Assembly (NCBI GenBank): GCA_003023405.1
Contig: PXST01000010.1
Span: 6,931 to 70,930, forward strand
Length of the DNA stretch: 64,000 nt
DNA from: Halobacteriales archaeon SW_8_68_21
Lineage (GTDB): Archaea > Halobacteriota > Halobacteria > Halobacteriales > Haloferacaceae
Direction: 5' to 3'
Shown in pieces: positions 33,132-42,681 of the stretch (position 1 is the first letter of the stretch; the number at the start of each line of letters is the position of its first letter). The translations under genes and the position numbers were made by a program. The notes under the pieces are model-generated. The model was given only the letters and a program-made list of their open reading frames with translations. It was not told the DNA's origin and did no database searches.

Positions 33132-34097
33132 TCAGTCCGTCTGCGGGACGCCCGCGCCGTGCGGGCCGTGGTCGTGGTGTTCGCGGCTCGGCTCGAAGTC
33201 GGTACACATGTCGTAGAACACGGCCTCCGGGTCGCGGTTCCACTGCCACTTCCAGCGGGTGCGGACCAGAAGCGAGATCTTCCGAGTGAACGACAGCTCC
33301 GGGGTCGCAGACACCGTGTCGTAGCCGCGGTCGCGGATGAGGCGGTGGTGGTCGACGTACAGCACCGCCGCGAGCAGCACCGCGAGCTGGCAGTCCTCGG
33401 GGAGGTACTTGATGCCCGCGACGCCCTCTTCGTAGAGGCGCTCGGTGCGGGCCATCTCCTCGCGGACCGCGGCCGCGATGTGTTCGTCGAACTCCAGATC
33501 GAGGACCTGCGCTTCGCTCACGCCGTGGCGGCGGAGCGTCTCCAGCGGGAGGTAGATCCGGTCGCGCTCGACCACGTCCTCGCGCACGTCCCGAAGGAAG
33601 TTCGTCATCTGGAACGCCTCGCCGAGCTTTGTGGCGTGGGGCAGCGCCTCGGCCTCCGCCTCGGGATCGAGGTCCATGATCGCCGTCATCATCCGGCCGA
33701 CGGCGGCCGCAGAGCCGTCCATGTACGCCTCCAAGTCCGCGTACGTCTCGTACCGGTCGGTGTCGATGTCGCTCGCCATCGCGTCCACGAACGAGTGGAC
33801 ATCCGCGTCGGGGATGTCGTTGCGTTCGCACACCTCGGCGAACGCCTCCAACACCGGGTCGTCGGTCGGCTCCTCGCCGAGCGCGGCCGCCCGGAGCCGG
33901 TCGAGTTCGGCACGCTGTTCGGCCGGCGGTGCGGTGTCCACCGCGTCGACGACCTCGTCGGCGATCCGGAAGAAACCGTACAGCACGTACGTCGGATGAC
34001 GGATCCGCTGGGGCAGCAGCCGGGTAGCGACGTGGAACGTCTTCCCGGTGCGGCGCTGGATCCGCTTGCTCCGGGCAACCTGGTTTTGCTCTACCAT
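33132..34097 (-). CDS. crtB: Phytoene synthase
   Basis: YGFFRIADEVVD and LGEAFQMTNFLRDVREDVVERDRIYLP. Confidence 0.93.
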   Translation of the reverse strand: MVEQNQVARSKRIQRRTGKTFHVATRLLPQRIRHPTYVLYGFFRIADEVVDAVDTAPPAEQRAELDRLRAAALGEEPTDDPVLEAFAEVCERNDIPDADVHSFVDAMASDIDTDRYETYADLEAYMDGSAAAVGRMMTAIMDLDPEAEAEALPHATKLGEAFQMTNFLRDVREDVVERDRIYLPLETLRRHGVSEAQVLDLEFDEHIAAAVREEMARTERLYEEGVAGIKYLPEDCQLAVLLAAVLYVDHHRLIRDRGYDTVSATPELSFTRKISLLVRTRWKWQWNRDPEAVFYDMCTDFEPSREHHDHGPHGAGVPQTD

Positions 34098-34256
34098 GCT
34101 GACCCCGGAAGGCCGGCAGGGAGGGTCACGTGCGGGTCGCCCATCATGCGATAAAAATCGAACTCCAAGAACATAACAGTTCGCACGACTCAGTTTGGTT
34201 CCCTTCCCGACCGGTTAATTCCGCCTGCGAATCCGGCGTGTGAACCGACCGTTCGG

Positions 34257-34388
34257 TCAGTAGAACGTGTCGCTACAGTCGTAGACGACGCCGTGTGCCG
34301 GACAAACGTACTTACAGTGGCGGTGGTACATCGGCGTCTCACAGACCGGGCACGGACGGCCGCCGTCGTCCACGGTTACGTCGCTCAC
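34257..34388 (-). CDS. Small zinc-finger micro-protein (43 aa)
   Basis: Manual translation from GTG: MSDVTVDDGGRPCPVCETPMYHRHCKYVCPAHGVVYDCSDTFY*. Below the ORF-track cutoff; resembles haloarchaeal CPxC zinc-finger micro-proteins. Confidence 0.82.
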   Translation of the reverse strand: MSDVTVDDGGRPCPVCETPMYHRHCKYVCPAHGVVYDCSDTFY

Positions 34389-34484
34389 GGCGGGGAGACG
34401 GGGGCGAGAGGCAAAACGCTGTCCACGCGCCGCGGGCGGCGCAAGACCTGACCAGTCAGCCGTTCGGAGCGGACCCGCGGCGAC

Positions 34485-35054
34485 TCACTCCTCGGCGGCG
34501 AGGCGGTCGAAGACGGAGCCGGCGACCGACTCCTCGCCGAACGGAAGCGTCAACACGCCCTCCCACTCGGACGCCGTGAGGGCGTCGACGGTCTCCCGGT
34601 CGAGTTCGACGCGTCTGACTTCGGTCCCGTCGAGCGCCATCGACACGACGAACGCCGCCGGGTCGTCGGTCGCGCCCGCGTCGTCAAGGCGGCTCCCGAA
34701 CGACTCGACGCCCGCCTCGGAGAGGACGACCTGAACGAGGTACTCGTCGTCCTCGGCGAAGACGCCCTTGACGCGGTCGAGGTCGCTCGCGTCGAACAGC
34801 CGCGCGTCGGTCCCGTCGTCGCCGGTAACCCGGGCCACGAACGGCGCGTCGGCGTCGACTGAGGCCGCGGTCGGCCCGTCGTCGCTCGTACCGGCGGTCC
34901 CGCTTCCGCCACCGGCCGCCGGTCCCGGCCCGTCGCCGCCGATTCCCTCCATCGCCTCCCCGTCCGTCACCTGCGCCGCGCCGGCGAACCCGACGGCACC
35001 GACCCCACAGGCCGTGCCGAGACCGCCGAGTACGCCCCGCCGAGAGATATCCAT
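34485..35054 (-). CDS. Hypothetical Tat-exported protein
   Basis: MDISRRGVLGGLG twin-Arg signal followed by an acidic domain; ATG at 35054. Confidence 0.75.
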   Translation of the reverse strand: MDISRRGVLGGLGTACGVGAVGFAGAAQVTDGEAMEGIGGDGPGPAAGGGSGTAGTSDDGPTAASVDADAPFVARVTGDDGTDARLFDASDLDRVKGVFAEDDEYLVQVVLSEAGVESFGSRLDDAGATDDPAAFVVSMALDGTEVRRVELDRETVDALTASEWEGVLTLPFGEESVAGSVFDRLAAEE

Positions 35055-35170
35055 ACCCCGCCGTTCCGGCGAGCCGTAAAAAGGGTTACACGCCGATTGC
35101 CGCGCGTGATAATCACGGGTTCGACGGATCGAGAGGCAGATTCCCGGTACGCGAACAGAAATAATTCCCG

Positions 35171-35749
35171 CTACGCGGACTCGAAGGCGACCTCGTCGCG
35201 GGTCGCCGTCTCGCTGAACAGCCAGTCGGCGTGGTCGACCGCGTACTCGCGGTGGTCCTCGGTGATGTAGCCGAGCGCGTCCTCGACGACGACCGGGCGG
35301 TAGTCCCGGAGCCCCGCGCTGCCCGCGGTGTGGAGGACGCAGACGTTCGCGAGTGTGCCGCAAATCAGGAGGTCAGAGATTCCGTGCGCGTCGAGGTACC
35401 CATCCAGGTCGGTCCGGTAGAAGGCGTCGTAGGTGTGCTTCTCGACGACGTGGTCCGCGTCGCGCACGTCGAGGTCGGCGACGAGTTCGGCGTCCCACGA
35501 CCCTTCGACGACGTGTTCGCCCCACCGGTCGAACTCGTCGTAGTAGTGCGCCCCGTCGAACTGCTCGGGCGGGTGGACGTCGCGGGTGTAAACGACGCTC
35601 GCGCCGGCCTCGCGGGCGCGGTCGACGAGTGCCATCACCGGCTCGACCGCCGCCTCGCTCGGCTCGGCGTAGAGGCTCCCGTCGGGGTCACAGAACCCGT
35701 TTTGCATGTCGACGACGACCACCGCGGTCTCGGTCGGATCGAACGCCAT
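35171..35749 (-). CDS. Isochorismatase-family cysteine hydrolase, probably nicotinamidase
   Basis: VVVDMQNGF, EKHTYDAF and GTLANVCVLHT catalytic D-K-C motifs; close to pncB. Confidence 0.88.
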   Translation of the reverse strand: MAFDPTETAVVVVDMQNGFCDPDGSLYAEPSEAAVEPVMALVDRAREAGASVVYTRDVHPPEQFDGAHYYDEFDRWGEHVVEGSWDAELVADLDVRDADHVVEKHTYDAFYRTDLDGYLDAHGISDLLICGTLANVCVLHTAGSAGLRDYRPVVVEDALGYITEDHREYAVDHADWLFSETATRDEVAFESA

Positions 35750-35798
35750 ACCGGGGGTTGGAGCGCGGTTCTCAAAAACCGTCGATCCGGTCCGCGAG

Positions 35799-35901
35799 CG
35801 TCGTCTCGGCCACCGTCGGGTCCGTCGTCTCGGCCACCGTCGGCGGGCGTCGTCTCGGCCACCGTCGGGTCCGTCGTCTCGGTCACCGTCGGCGGGCGTC
35901 G
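35799..35901. repeat. Intergenic tandem repeat of four 24/25-bp units (a 49-bp dimer present twice)
   Basis: cgtcgtctcggccaccgtcgg followed alternately by gtc or cggg; four units. Confidence 0.9.
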
Positions 35902-35979
35902 AACGGCCCGGAGAAATCTGCCGGCCGCGGCCCCGAAGGAACCGACAGACTAGTTACCGGGGCGTCCGATACGGTCCAT

Positions 35980-37734
35980 ATGCGACGGGTTCTCACCCTC
36001 TCGACCGCGGCCGCCGTCGTCGCCGCGTTCGCCGTCCTGTGTGTCGCGTTCACCGCCGGTGTCGCCGCCGCGCCGGACGCCGGCGTCACCCACGGCGCGT
36101 CTGTCGGCGATCCGACGGCGTCGGACTCCGTGCCCTCCGCGTCCGCCGACGAGTGCGACCCCGGCGACGGCACGGAGTTGGTCGGCTGCTGGAACGGGAC
36201 GCACTACGAGGAGTCGGTCGACTTCGAGGAGACCGGCGGACTCAACCGGACGCAGTTGGCGGCACTGACGGACCTGACGATGGCGCGCGTCGAACACGTC
36301 CGCCAGCGCCCCTTCCGCGAGGACGTGCCGGTCGAGACGGTCTCGCGCAGCGAGTACGCGAACGACACCGCGAGCGGCGGCAACGAGTCCGAGGCGTTCC
36401 GCCGCTGGAACGACCAGGTGTGGAAAGCGCTGTTCGTCGTCGGCGACGACGCGGACGCGAACGACGAGATCGACTCGGTGCTCGGCGGGGCGGTCTCCGG
36501 CTTCTACTCGCCGACCGAAGACCGGATCGTCATCGTCGTCCCGGACGGCGAGTCGGCCGAGATCGACCCCTCGACGCTCACCCACGAGCTGCTCCACGCG
36601 ATGCAAGACCAGTACCACGACCTCACCGACCCGCGCTACGCCGGCGTCACGCAGGACGGCGACCTCGCGGTCAACGGGATCGTCGAGGGGGAGGCAGTCC
36701 ACGTTGAGGAGCGGTACGCCGCCCGCTGTGCGGACAACTGGACCTGCGTCGACGCGCCCGAGAGCGACGGGGGCGGCGGCGGGTTCTCCGGGAACATCGG
36801 CATCCTCCAGACCGTCCTCCAGCCGTACGGCGACGGGGCAATCCACGTCCGCGAACTCGTCGACGAGGGGGGGTGGGCGGCCGTCAACGAGACGATGAAC
36901 GACCCGCCGGCGTCGACGGCGGAGGTCATCCACCGGAACGCCGACTACGACACGAGCGAGGTCGAGTTCGAGGACGCGGCGACGGGCGGCTGGGAGACGT
37001 ACGGGGACCAGGGCGTCGACGGTGCGGAGACCGCCGGGGAGGCGTCGATGTTCGTGATGTTCTGGTACCAGAGCGCCGGCGTACAGTTCGACGGCGCGTA
37101 CGAGTACTCGGTCCTCGATCCCGACCGACCCGTCGGCGGAAACTTCAACGTCCTCCTCGAAACGGACGCGGAACTCCAGACGCGGGCGGTCTACAACTAC
37201 GCGCACCCCGCGACGGACGGGTGGGCTGGCGACGAGCTGTACCCGTACCGGAACGGCGATCGGGACGGGTACGTCTGGGCGACGGAGTGGCAGACCGAGG
37301 CCGACGCCGCGGCGTTCCGCGACGCCTACGTTCGGATGCTGACCGCGCACGGCGACGGCGGCTACGAGGACGGAACCGTCTACGCCATCGGCGACGAGAG
37401 CGACTTCTCCGGCGCGTACGGCGTCGAACGCGACGGGACGAGCGTGACGATAACCCACGCGCCGTCCCCGGAGGGCGTCCTCGAACTACGCCCGGACGCC
37501 GACCTCGCGCTCCCGGACACCAACGGGGCGAACGGATCGGACGGGGGCGGCGACGATGGGAGCGGCGGTGATACCGACACCGACGGGAGCGACGACACCG
37601 ACGGCAGCGGCGGCGACAGCACCGACGGAAGCGGCGGCGACAACACCGGAAACAGCGCGCCCGGATTCGGCGTCGGGGCGGCGCTCGTCGCCCTCGTGGC
37701 CGCGCTGGGGCTGTCTGTGCGGCGGTCGTCGTAG
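35980..37734 (+). CDS. Cell-surface protein with HExxH motif and PGF-CTERM (Hvo_1808-like)
   Basis: Signal peptide MRRVLTLST..., HELLHAMQDQ...EGEA, a Gly/Asp/Ser/Thr linker, and C-terminal APGFGVGAALVALVAALGLSVRRSS. Confidence 0.85.
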   Translation: MRRVLTLSTAAAVVAAFAVLCVAFTAGVAAAPDAGVTHGASVGDPTASDSVPSASADECDPGDGTELVGCWNGTHYEESVDFEETGGLNRTQLAALTDLTMARVEHVRQRPFREDVPVETVSRSEYANDTASGGNESEAFRRWNDQVWKALFVVGDDADANDEIDSVLGGAVSGFYSPTEDRIVIVVPDGESAEIDPSTLTHELLHAMQDQYHDLTDPRYAGVTQDGDLAVNGIVEGEAVHVEERYAARCADNWTCVDAPESDGGGGGFSGNIGILQTVLQPYGDGAIHVRELVDEGGWAAVNETMNDPPASTAEVIHRNADYDTSEVEFEDAATGGWETYGDQGVDGAETAGEASMFVMFWYQSAGVQFDGAYEYSVLDPDRPVGGNFNVLLETDAELQTRAVYNYAHPATDGWAGDELYPYRNGDRDGYVWATEWQTEADAAAFRDAYVRMLTAHGDGGYEDGTVYAIGDESDFSGAYGVERDGTSVTITHAPSPEGVLELRPDADLALPDTNGANGSDGGGDDGSGGDTDTDGSDDTDGSGGDSTDGSGGDNTGNSAPGFGVGAALVALVAALGLSVRRSS

Positions 37735-37858
37735 TCCGGCGATCGTCGGTGCGGGACTGGCGCGCTGTCGCTGCGGGACTGCCCGGCATCGCCGCGAGAC
37801 CGCGACGGGCGCGCTCGGACACGGGTGGCTTTTCGTTCCCGCGGCCGAACGGTCGGAC

Positions 37859-39019
37859 ATGAGCGAGTTCGACATCGTCGACGCGGCCGCGGTCCGAGAG
37901 GGCCGCGCGACCGACGCGTACTTCGAGCGGACCGAGGCGGCGCTTGCGGCTGCGGGACGGAACCCCCGCGTCGTCGCCGAGGTGACCGCGGACCAGTTCC
38001 CGGACGGGGAGTTCGAGCTGTTCGCCGGGCTGGGGAACGCGGTCGAACTGCTGGCCGGCCGCGACGTCGACATCCACGCGATCCCCGAGGGGCGGTTGTT
38101 CGACGGCGGCCCGGTGATGCGGATCGAGGGGCCGTATCTGGAGTTCGCGCGGCTGGAGACGTCGCTTCTGGGCTTCCTCTCGCACGCGTCCGGGATGGCG
38201 ACGGCGGCGCTGGACTGCCGGCGCGCCGCGCCCGAGTCGTCGGTGCTCTCCTTCGGCGCGCGCCACGTCCACCCTGCGATGACCGCGGCAGTCGAGCGCT
38301 CCGCGCTCGTGGGTGGGTTCGACGGCTTCTCGCACGTCGCCGCCGGGGAGCTGATCGGCCGGGAGGCGTCCGGGACGATGCCGCACGCGCTCGCGATCTG
38401 CTTCGGCCGAGGCGAACAGGAGACCGCGTGGCGCGCCTACGACGAGGGCGTCCCGGCGGACGCGCCCCGGATCGCGCTGTGTGACACCTACTCCGATGAG
38501 GTCGACGAGGTGCTTCGGGCCGTGGAGACGCTCGGTGACGACCTCGACGGCGTCCGCCTCGACACGACCGGCTCCCGGCGCGGCGACTTCCGACACATCG
38601 TGCGGGAGGTTCGGTGGGAACTCGACGGGCAGGGCCACGGAGACATCGACGTGTACGTCTCCGGCGGACTCGGCCCCGAGGACCTCCGGGGGTTGTCCGA
38701 CATCGTCGACGGGTTCGGCGTCGGCGGGTACGTCTCCAACGCGGACCCAGTCGACTTCGCGCTCGATCTCGTCGCCGTCGACGGCGAACCGGCGGCCAAG
38801 CGCGGGAAGCTCTCCGGCGCGAAGGCCGTCTACCGCACCACAGACGGTGTCCACGCCGTCGGACTCGCGGACCGCTCGGGGCCTGAGGGGGCCGAGTCGC
38901 TCATGGAGCCGGTGATCCGCGACGGCGAGGTCGTCGACGGCGACGCGTTCGACCTGTCGGCGGCGACGGAGCGGGCGCTCGCGGACGCAGAGGCGGTGGG
39001 CTACGGGAACGACCAGTAG
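37859..39019 (+). CDS. pncB: Nicotinate phosphoribosyltransferase
   Basis: ATDAYF, SFGARH, GTMPH, DTY, GVRLDT, VSGGL and FGVG; ATG at 37859. Confidence 0.92.
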   Translation: MSEFDIVDAAAVREGRATDAYFERTEAALAAAGRNPRVVAEVTADQFPDGEFELFAGLGNAVELLAGRDVDIHAIPEGRLFDGGPVMRIEGPYLEFARLETSLLGFLSHASGMATAALDCRRAAPESSVLSFGARHVHPAMTAAVERSALVGGFDGFSHVAAGELIGREASGTMPHALAICFGRGEQETAWRAYDEGVPADAPRIALCDTYSDEVDEVLRAVETLGDDLDGVRLDTTGSRRGDFRHIVREVRWELDGQGHGDIDVYVSGGLGPEDLRGLSDIVDGFGVGGYVSNADPVDFALDLVAVDGEPAAKRGKLSGAKAVYRTTDGVHAVGLADRSGPEGAESLMEPVIRDGEVVDGDAFDLSAATERALADAEAVGYGNDQ

Positions 39020-39248
39020 TTTCACAGTTCGACGATATCGCTCGGATCGGGGCGAATAGCCCTTCAGGCCCGCACACCATCCGTTTTTGCGACGGCCCAA
39101 GAGATTCGGCGTCGCGAGCGGAGCGCGCCCGATGGAGCCGCGGTTCTGCGTTCGGCGTCGAGCGGGATCGACGCGGTCGAGTTGAACTCGCCCGGACGCG
39201 GGAGTGGGTGGGAAGAGACGGAGAGGGACGGCAGGGCGGCAGAGCGAA

Positions 39249-39744
39249 CTACAGCTCTTCGACGGCACCGCCGTCGGCGCGCTCTCGGAACACCTGTCCT
39301 TCGATGAGCGTCACGATCGTATCTTCCTCCTGCCACGCGGTGGGCGAGAGCTTCGCCTTCCGGCAGGCGCGAGAGAGGAACTCCGCGCCGGACCAGCCGT
39401 TCTCGACGGGGACCGTCGGGTAGAGCCAACCGTGGGCGTTGCCGCTGTCGACGGCGACGCCGTGGGTGCCGACCCCGAGGTCGGCGAGGGGGTCGTTCGT
39501 GAGAACGGAGTTCGAGACGACGAACACCGAGACCGTGAGGTTGTCCAGCTCCTTCGGCTCCACCTCGGAGCCGCAGGAGTCGTCGGAGGCCGCCTTGATC
39601 GCGGCGGGCGTAGAACGCCTCGCGCATGCTACCGGGTTGTTCGCGTTGTCCGTGCTGGACAAACGACTCGACCGCCTCCCGCGCGAGTTCGACCGCTCGT
39701 GCACCGTCGTCGTACGACAGTTGAACGGTCTGAGCCTCGGACAT
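39249..39744 (-). pseudogene. AMMECR1/TIGR00296-family gene broken by an internal deletion and frameshift
   Basis: N-terminal part (MSEAQTVQLSYDDGARAVELARE...AFYAR) and C-terminal part (AAIKAASDDSCGSEVE...GWLYPTVPVENGWS...CRKAKL) are in different frames, joined near 39605; the conserved LRGC segment is absent. Confidence 0.8.
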
Positions 39745-39871
39745 GAAAGTCTATTACGTTGCTGACGACTTGAACGCTTCCCTTGGAGCACCGCTCGCAC
39801 GGCGCTTGCGGCGTCTCGGCCGAAACGCGCCCGACCGAACCGCTTATTCGCCGGCAGGCGAAAGGGCGAAA

Positions 39872-40208
39872 CGGACAGAGGGAGCCCGACTCCCGTGCCT
39901 CCGGCATGAGGAAAGTCCCCCCACCGGCCGGACGGGCGACCGGGCACACGCCCGGAGTCGGAGACGGCTGGCGCTGGAACAGCAACGACACCCCCCGCCT
40001 CGACCGATGATCCGCGCGAACCGACCCGCGAGGGAAGGGAGTTAACCCGGAGAGGGAGCGTGGCTCTGCCACGACATGGACGGGCGGGAACGGATGGAAC
40101 GGCGAATCCTCGCCGGTGCAAGTCCGTGCCACAAGGTAGTCCGGCCACGGCGCGGACGCTCAGCCGAATGTCGGGACGAACCGAAGGGGGCTTACTCCCC
40201 TCAGTCCG
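39872..40208 (+). ncRNA. rnpB: RNase P RNA (archaeal type A)
   Basis: GAGGAAAGTCC at 39908, GGTGCAAG, 3' GAAGGGGGCTTAC, and terminal helix cggacagagggag / ctcccctcagtccg. Confidence 0.93.
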
Positions 40209-40255
40209 CTTAATCCCGTTAGCGACGCGACTACACCTCCCGATGAGAGTACGAC

Positions 40256-40500
40256 CGGCGCGTGCCTGCGAGCGGCCGACAGGCAGGTCGACGAGGTTGG
40301 GGAGGCGTGAGGTGCGGTTGCTGTGTGGGGCGGGATTCGAAGGGGCAGTCGCCGGCGGCTCCGCCGCCGGCTGCCCGTGGCGCGTCGCGCCACGCTGTCG
40401 CGAGGCGGGCGCAGGCGAAGCAAGCACTGAAAGGAGCGAGCAACGCGAGCGACTGAAGCGCACAGCGAGCGTGCGCCCGCCTCGCGGCTGGGGCTTCGGC
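40256..40500. repeat. Palindrome-rich intergenic element, copy 2 of the dispersed hairpin repeat
   Basis: Nested inverted repeats (ccggcggc-tcc-gccgccgg; cgtggcgcg-t-cgcgccacg) and a 15-bp stem at 40399-40413 / 40472-40486. Homologous to 923-1055. Confidence 0.78.
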
Positions 40501-40779
40501 GGTGTTCATGTCGGATCTCAGTTTATAAGGAAAATCGTCGTACAGCCGAGCAGCTGAGGCTTCGGCGGTCGTCGCCGCCGGTCCACAGTCGGTTATTTAT
40601 AACTGAACGGCTGAGGCTTCGACGGTGTTCGCCGCCGATCCGCGCTCGATTACTTATAAATAAACGGCTGAGGCTTCGGCAGTGTTCGTCGCCGATCCGC
40701 CCGCGACGATTTATAAGTAAACGACTGGGGCTACAGCGGTGTTTGTCGCCGATTCGTTCTCGACAACTTATAAATAGCC
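40486..40779. repeat. Degenerate 57-bp tandem repeat array (5 units)
   Basis: Units start at 40486, 40552, 40609, 40666 and 40723; consensus GGCTGRGGCTTCGGCGGTGTTCGCCGCCGATCC-variable-TTATAARTAAAC. Confidence 0.88.
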
Positions 40780-40806
40780 AGATAAAAAGTCCGACACAGA
40801 CCCGTA

Positions 40807-41676
40807 TCAGGCCGTTTCCAGCTCCTTTTCCATCTCGCGGAGCCGCTCAATGCGGTTCTCCGTCGACGGGTGCGTGGAGGCGATCTTGCCGACGAAGCCG
40901 GCCTTGATCGGGATAATAAAGAACGCGTTCATCTCCGCCTCCTCGCGGAGGTCCTCCTCGGGCACCTTGTCCATTCGCCCGTCGATCGTCATCAGCGCCG
41001 AGGCGAGCGCGCCGGGTTGCCCCGTGATCAGCGCCGCGCCGCGGTCGGCGGAGTACTCGCGGTAGCGCGAGAGCGCGCGGATGAGCAGAAACGAGATCAC
41101 CCATACGACCAGCGAGACGAGGATCGCCACGATGACGGGCGCGCCCTGCCGGTTGTCGCCGCCCAACAGCCACCCCCACCGCACGATGAAGAAGGCGATA
41201 GTCGAGAGGAACGACGCGATGGTCATCACCATCACGTCGCGGTTCTTCACGTGTGCGAGCTCGTGGGCGAGGACGCCGTCCAGCTCGTCCTCGTCCAAGC
41301 TTTCGAGCAGCCCGGTCGTCACCGCGACGGTCGCGTTCTTCTTGTTCCGGCCGGTCGCGAACGCGTTCGGCACCCGGGTGTCGGCGACCGCGACCGTCGG
41401 CTTCGGGAGGTCGGCCTGCTGGCTCAGCCGCTCGATCCGGCGGTGGAGGCCGGGGTACTCGTCCGGGTCGACCTCGCGAGCGCCCATGCTCCGCAGCGCC
41501 AGTTTGTCGCTGAAGAAGTACTGGGCGACCGAGAACCCGCCGAGCATGACCAGCGGGAACAGGAAGTCACCGAAGTACACCGTCAGCACGCCGACGAAGA
41601 CGACGTAGAGGGCAAACAGGAGGAACATCGTGAACGCCATCCGTCCACGCAGTCCCCAGTCTGTCTTCCAGTCCAT
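40807..41676 (-). CDS. htpX: Zinc metalloprotease HtpX (M48)
   Basis: PNAFATG, GVLAHELAHVKNRD, SRYREYSADRGA and STHPSTENRI. Confidence 0.95.
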   Translation of the reverse strand: MDWKTDWGLRGRMAFTMFLLFALYVVFVGVLTVYFGDFLFPLVMLGGFSVAQYFFSDKLALRSMGAREVDPDEYPGLHRRIERLSQQADLPKPTVAVADTRVPNAFATGRNKKNATVAVTTGLLESLDEDELDGVLAHELAHVKNRDVMVMTIASFLSTIAFFIVRWGWLLGGDNRQGAPVIVAILVSLVVWVISFLLIRALSRYREYSADRGAALITGQPGALASALMTIDGRMDKVPEEDLREEAEMNAFFIIPIKAGFVGKIASTHPSTENRIERLREMEKELETA

Positions 41677-41786
41677 ATGCGTAAGTTACCGTTCGGTGCG
41701 TTAAAGCCTGCCGGAGGCTGCGCCGTCCCGCGGCCCAAAGTCGACGAGTGCGGTGCGTTTTTGATCCGTCCGCACGACCGACCGGC

Positions 41787-42681
41787 ATGGAAACCGTTCT
41801 CGTCACGGGCGGCCGCGGAGCCTCCGGGCGCTGGGTCGTCAACCGGCTCGCCGGCGACTACGAGGTCGTCGTCGTCGACTACGAGCGGCGAGGCGCTCGA
41901 TGTCGTCGCCGCGGTCGACCCCGACGCCGTCGTCCACTGGGCCGCGATTCCCGTCGCCGGGACCCATCCCGAGGGGCGGGTGTTCGAGACGAACGCGCTC
42001 GCTGCGAAACACGTCCTCGACGCCGCCGGTCGCGTCGGCGCTCGGATCGTTCAGGCCTCCAGCGACGGCGCGTACGGCTTCTTTTTCGCCGACCCGACGC
42101 CGCTCCCGGACGAACTGCCAATCACCGAATCACACCCGCTCCGCCCGGAGGACCCGTACGGGCTCTCGAAGGTGACCGCGGAGGCGGCGGCGGGCGCGGT
42201 CGCGCGCCGCCACGACCTCCCCGCCGTCTCGATACGCCCGTCGTGGATCCAGTACCCCGGGTCGTACGCCTGCCGCGCGAACGAGTACGTCGACGATCTC
42301 GACGCCGGCGCGGGCAACTTCTGGTCGTACGTCGACGCCCGCGACGTGGCCGACCTCGTCGCGGCCGCGCTCGCGGGCACGGCGGGACCGGACCCGGCCG
42401 TCCCGTCCGGGACCCACGAGGCGGTCAACTGCGTCGCGGCCGACAACGCGCTCGGTCGCCCGCTGCTCAATCTCCTCCGCGAGGCGTACGGCGGCGTCCC
42501 CGACGACTGCGCCGTCGACGAGGGCGACGACCGCGGTGCCTACGCGACCGCGAAGGCCGAGCGGCTGTTCGACTGGACGCCGTCGCGCTCGTGGCGCGAC
42601 GCCGCCGACGAGACCGTCGCCGAGCGCGGGCCAACCCGTCCCCGATGTCGGACCGTCCTCAGATCGACAAGATTGCGTTGA
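41787..42681 (+). pseudogene. NAD-dependent epimerase/dehydratase (extended SDR), frameshifted
   Basis: METVLVTGGRGASG...VVVDYE is in one frame and GEALDVVAAVDPDAVVHWAAIP...YGLSK in another (junction near 41886). The 3' end runs into arlJ. Confidence 0.75.

Noticed and set aside
40486-40779. Calling the 57-bp array a second CRISPR
   Set aside because: The conserved part is degenerate and ~45 bp, the variable part is only ~10-12 nt, and there is no leader or similarity to the I-B repeat.
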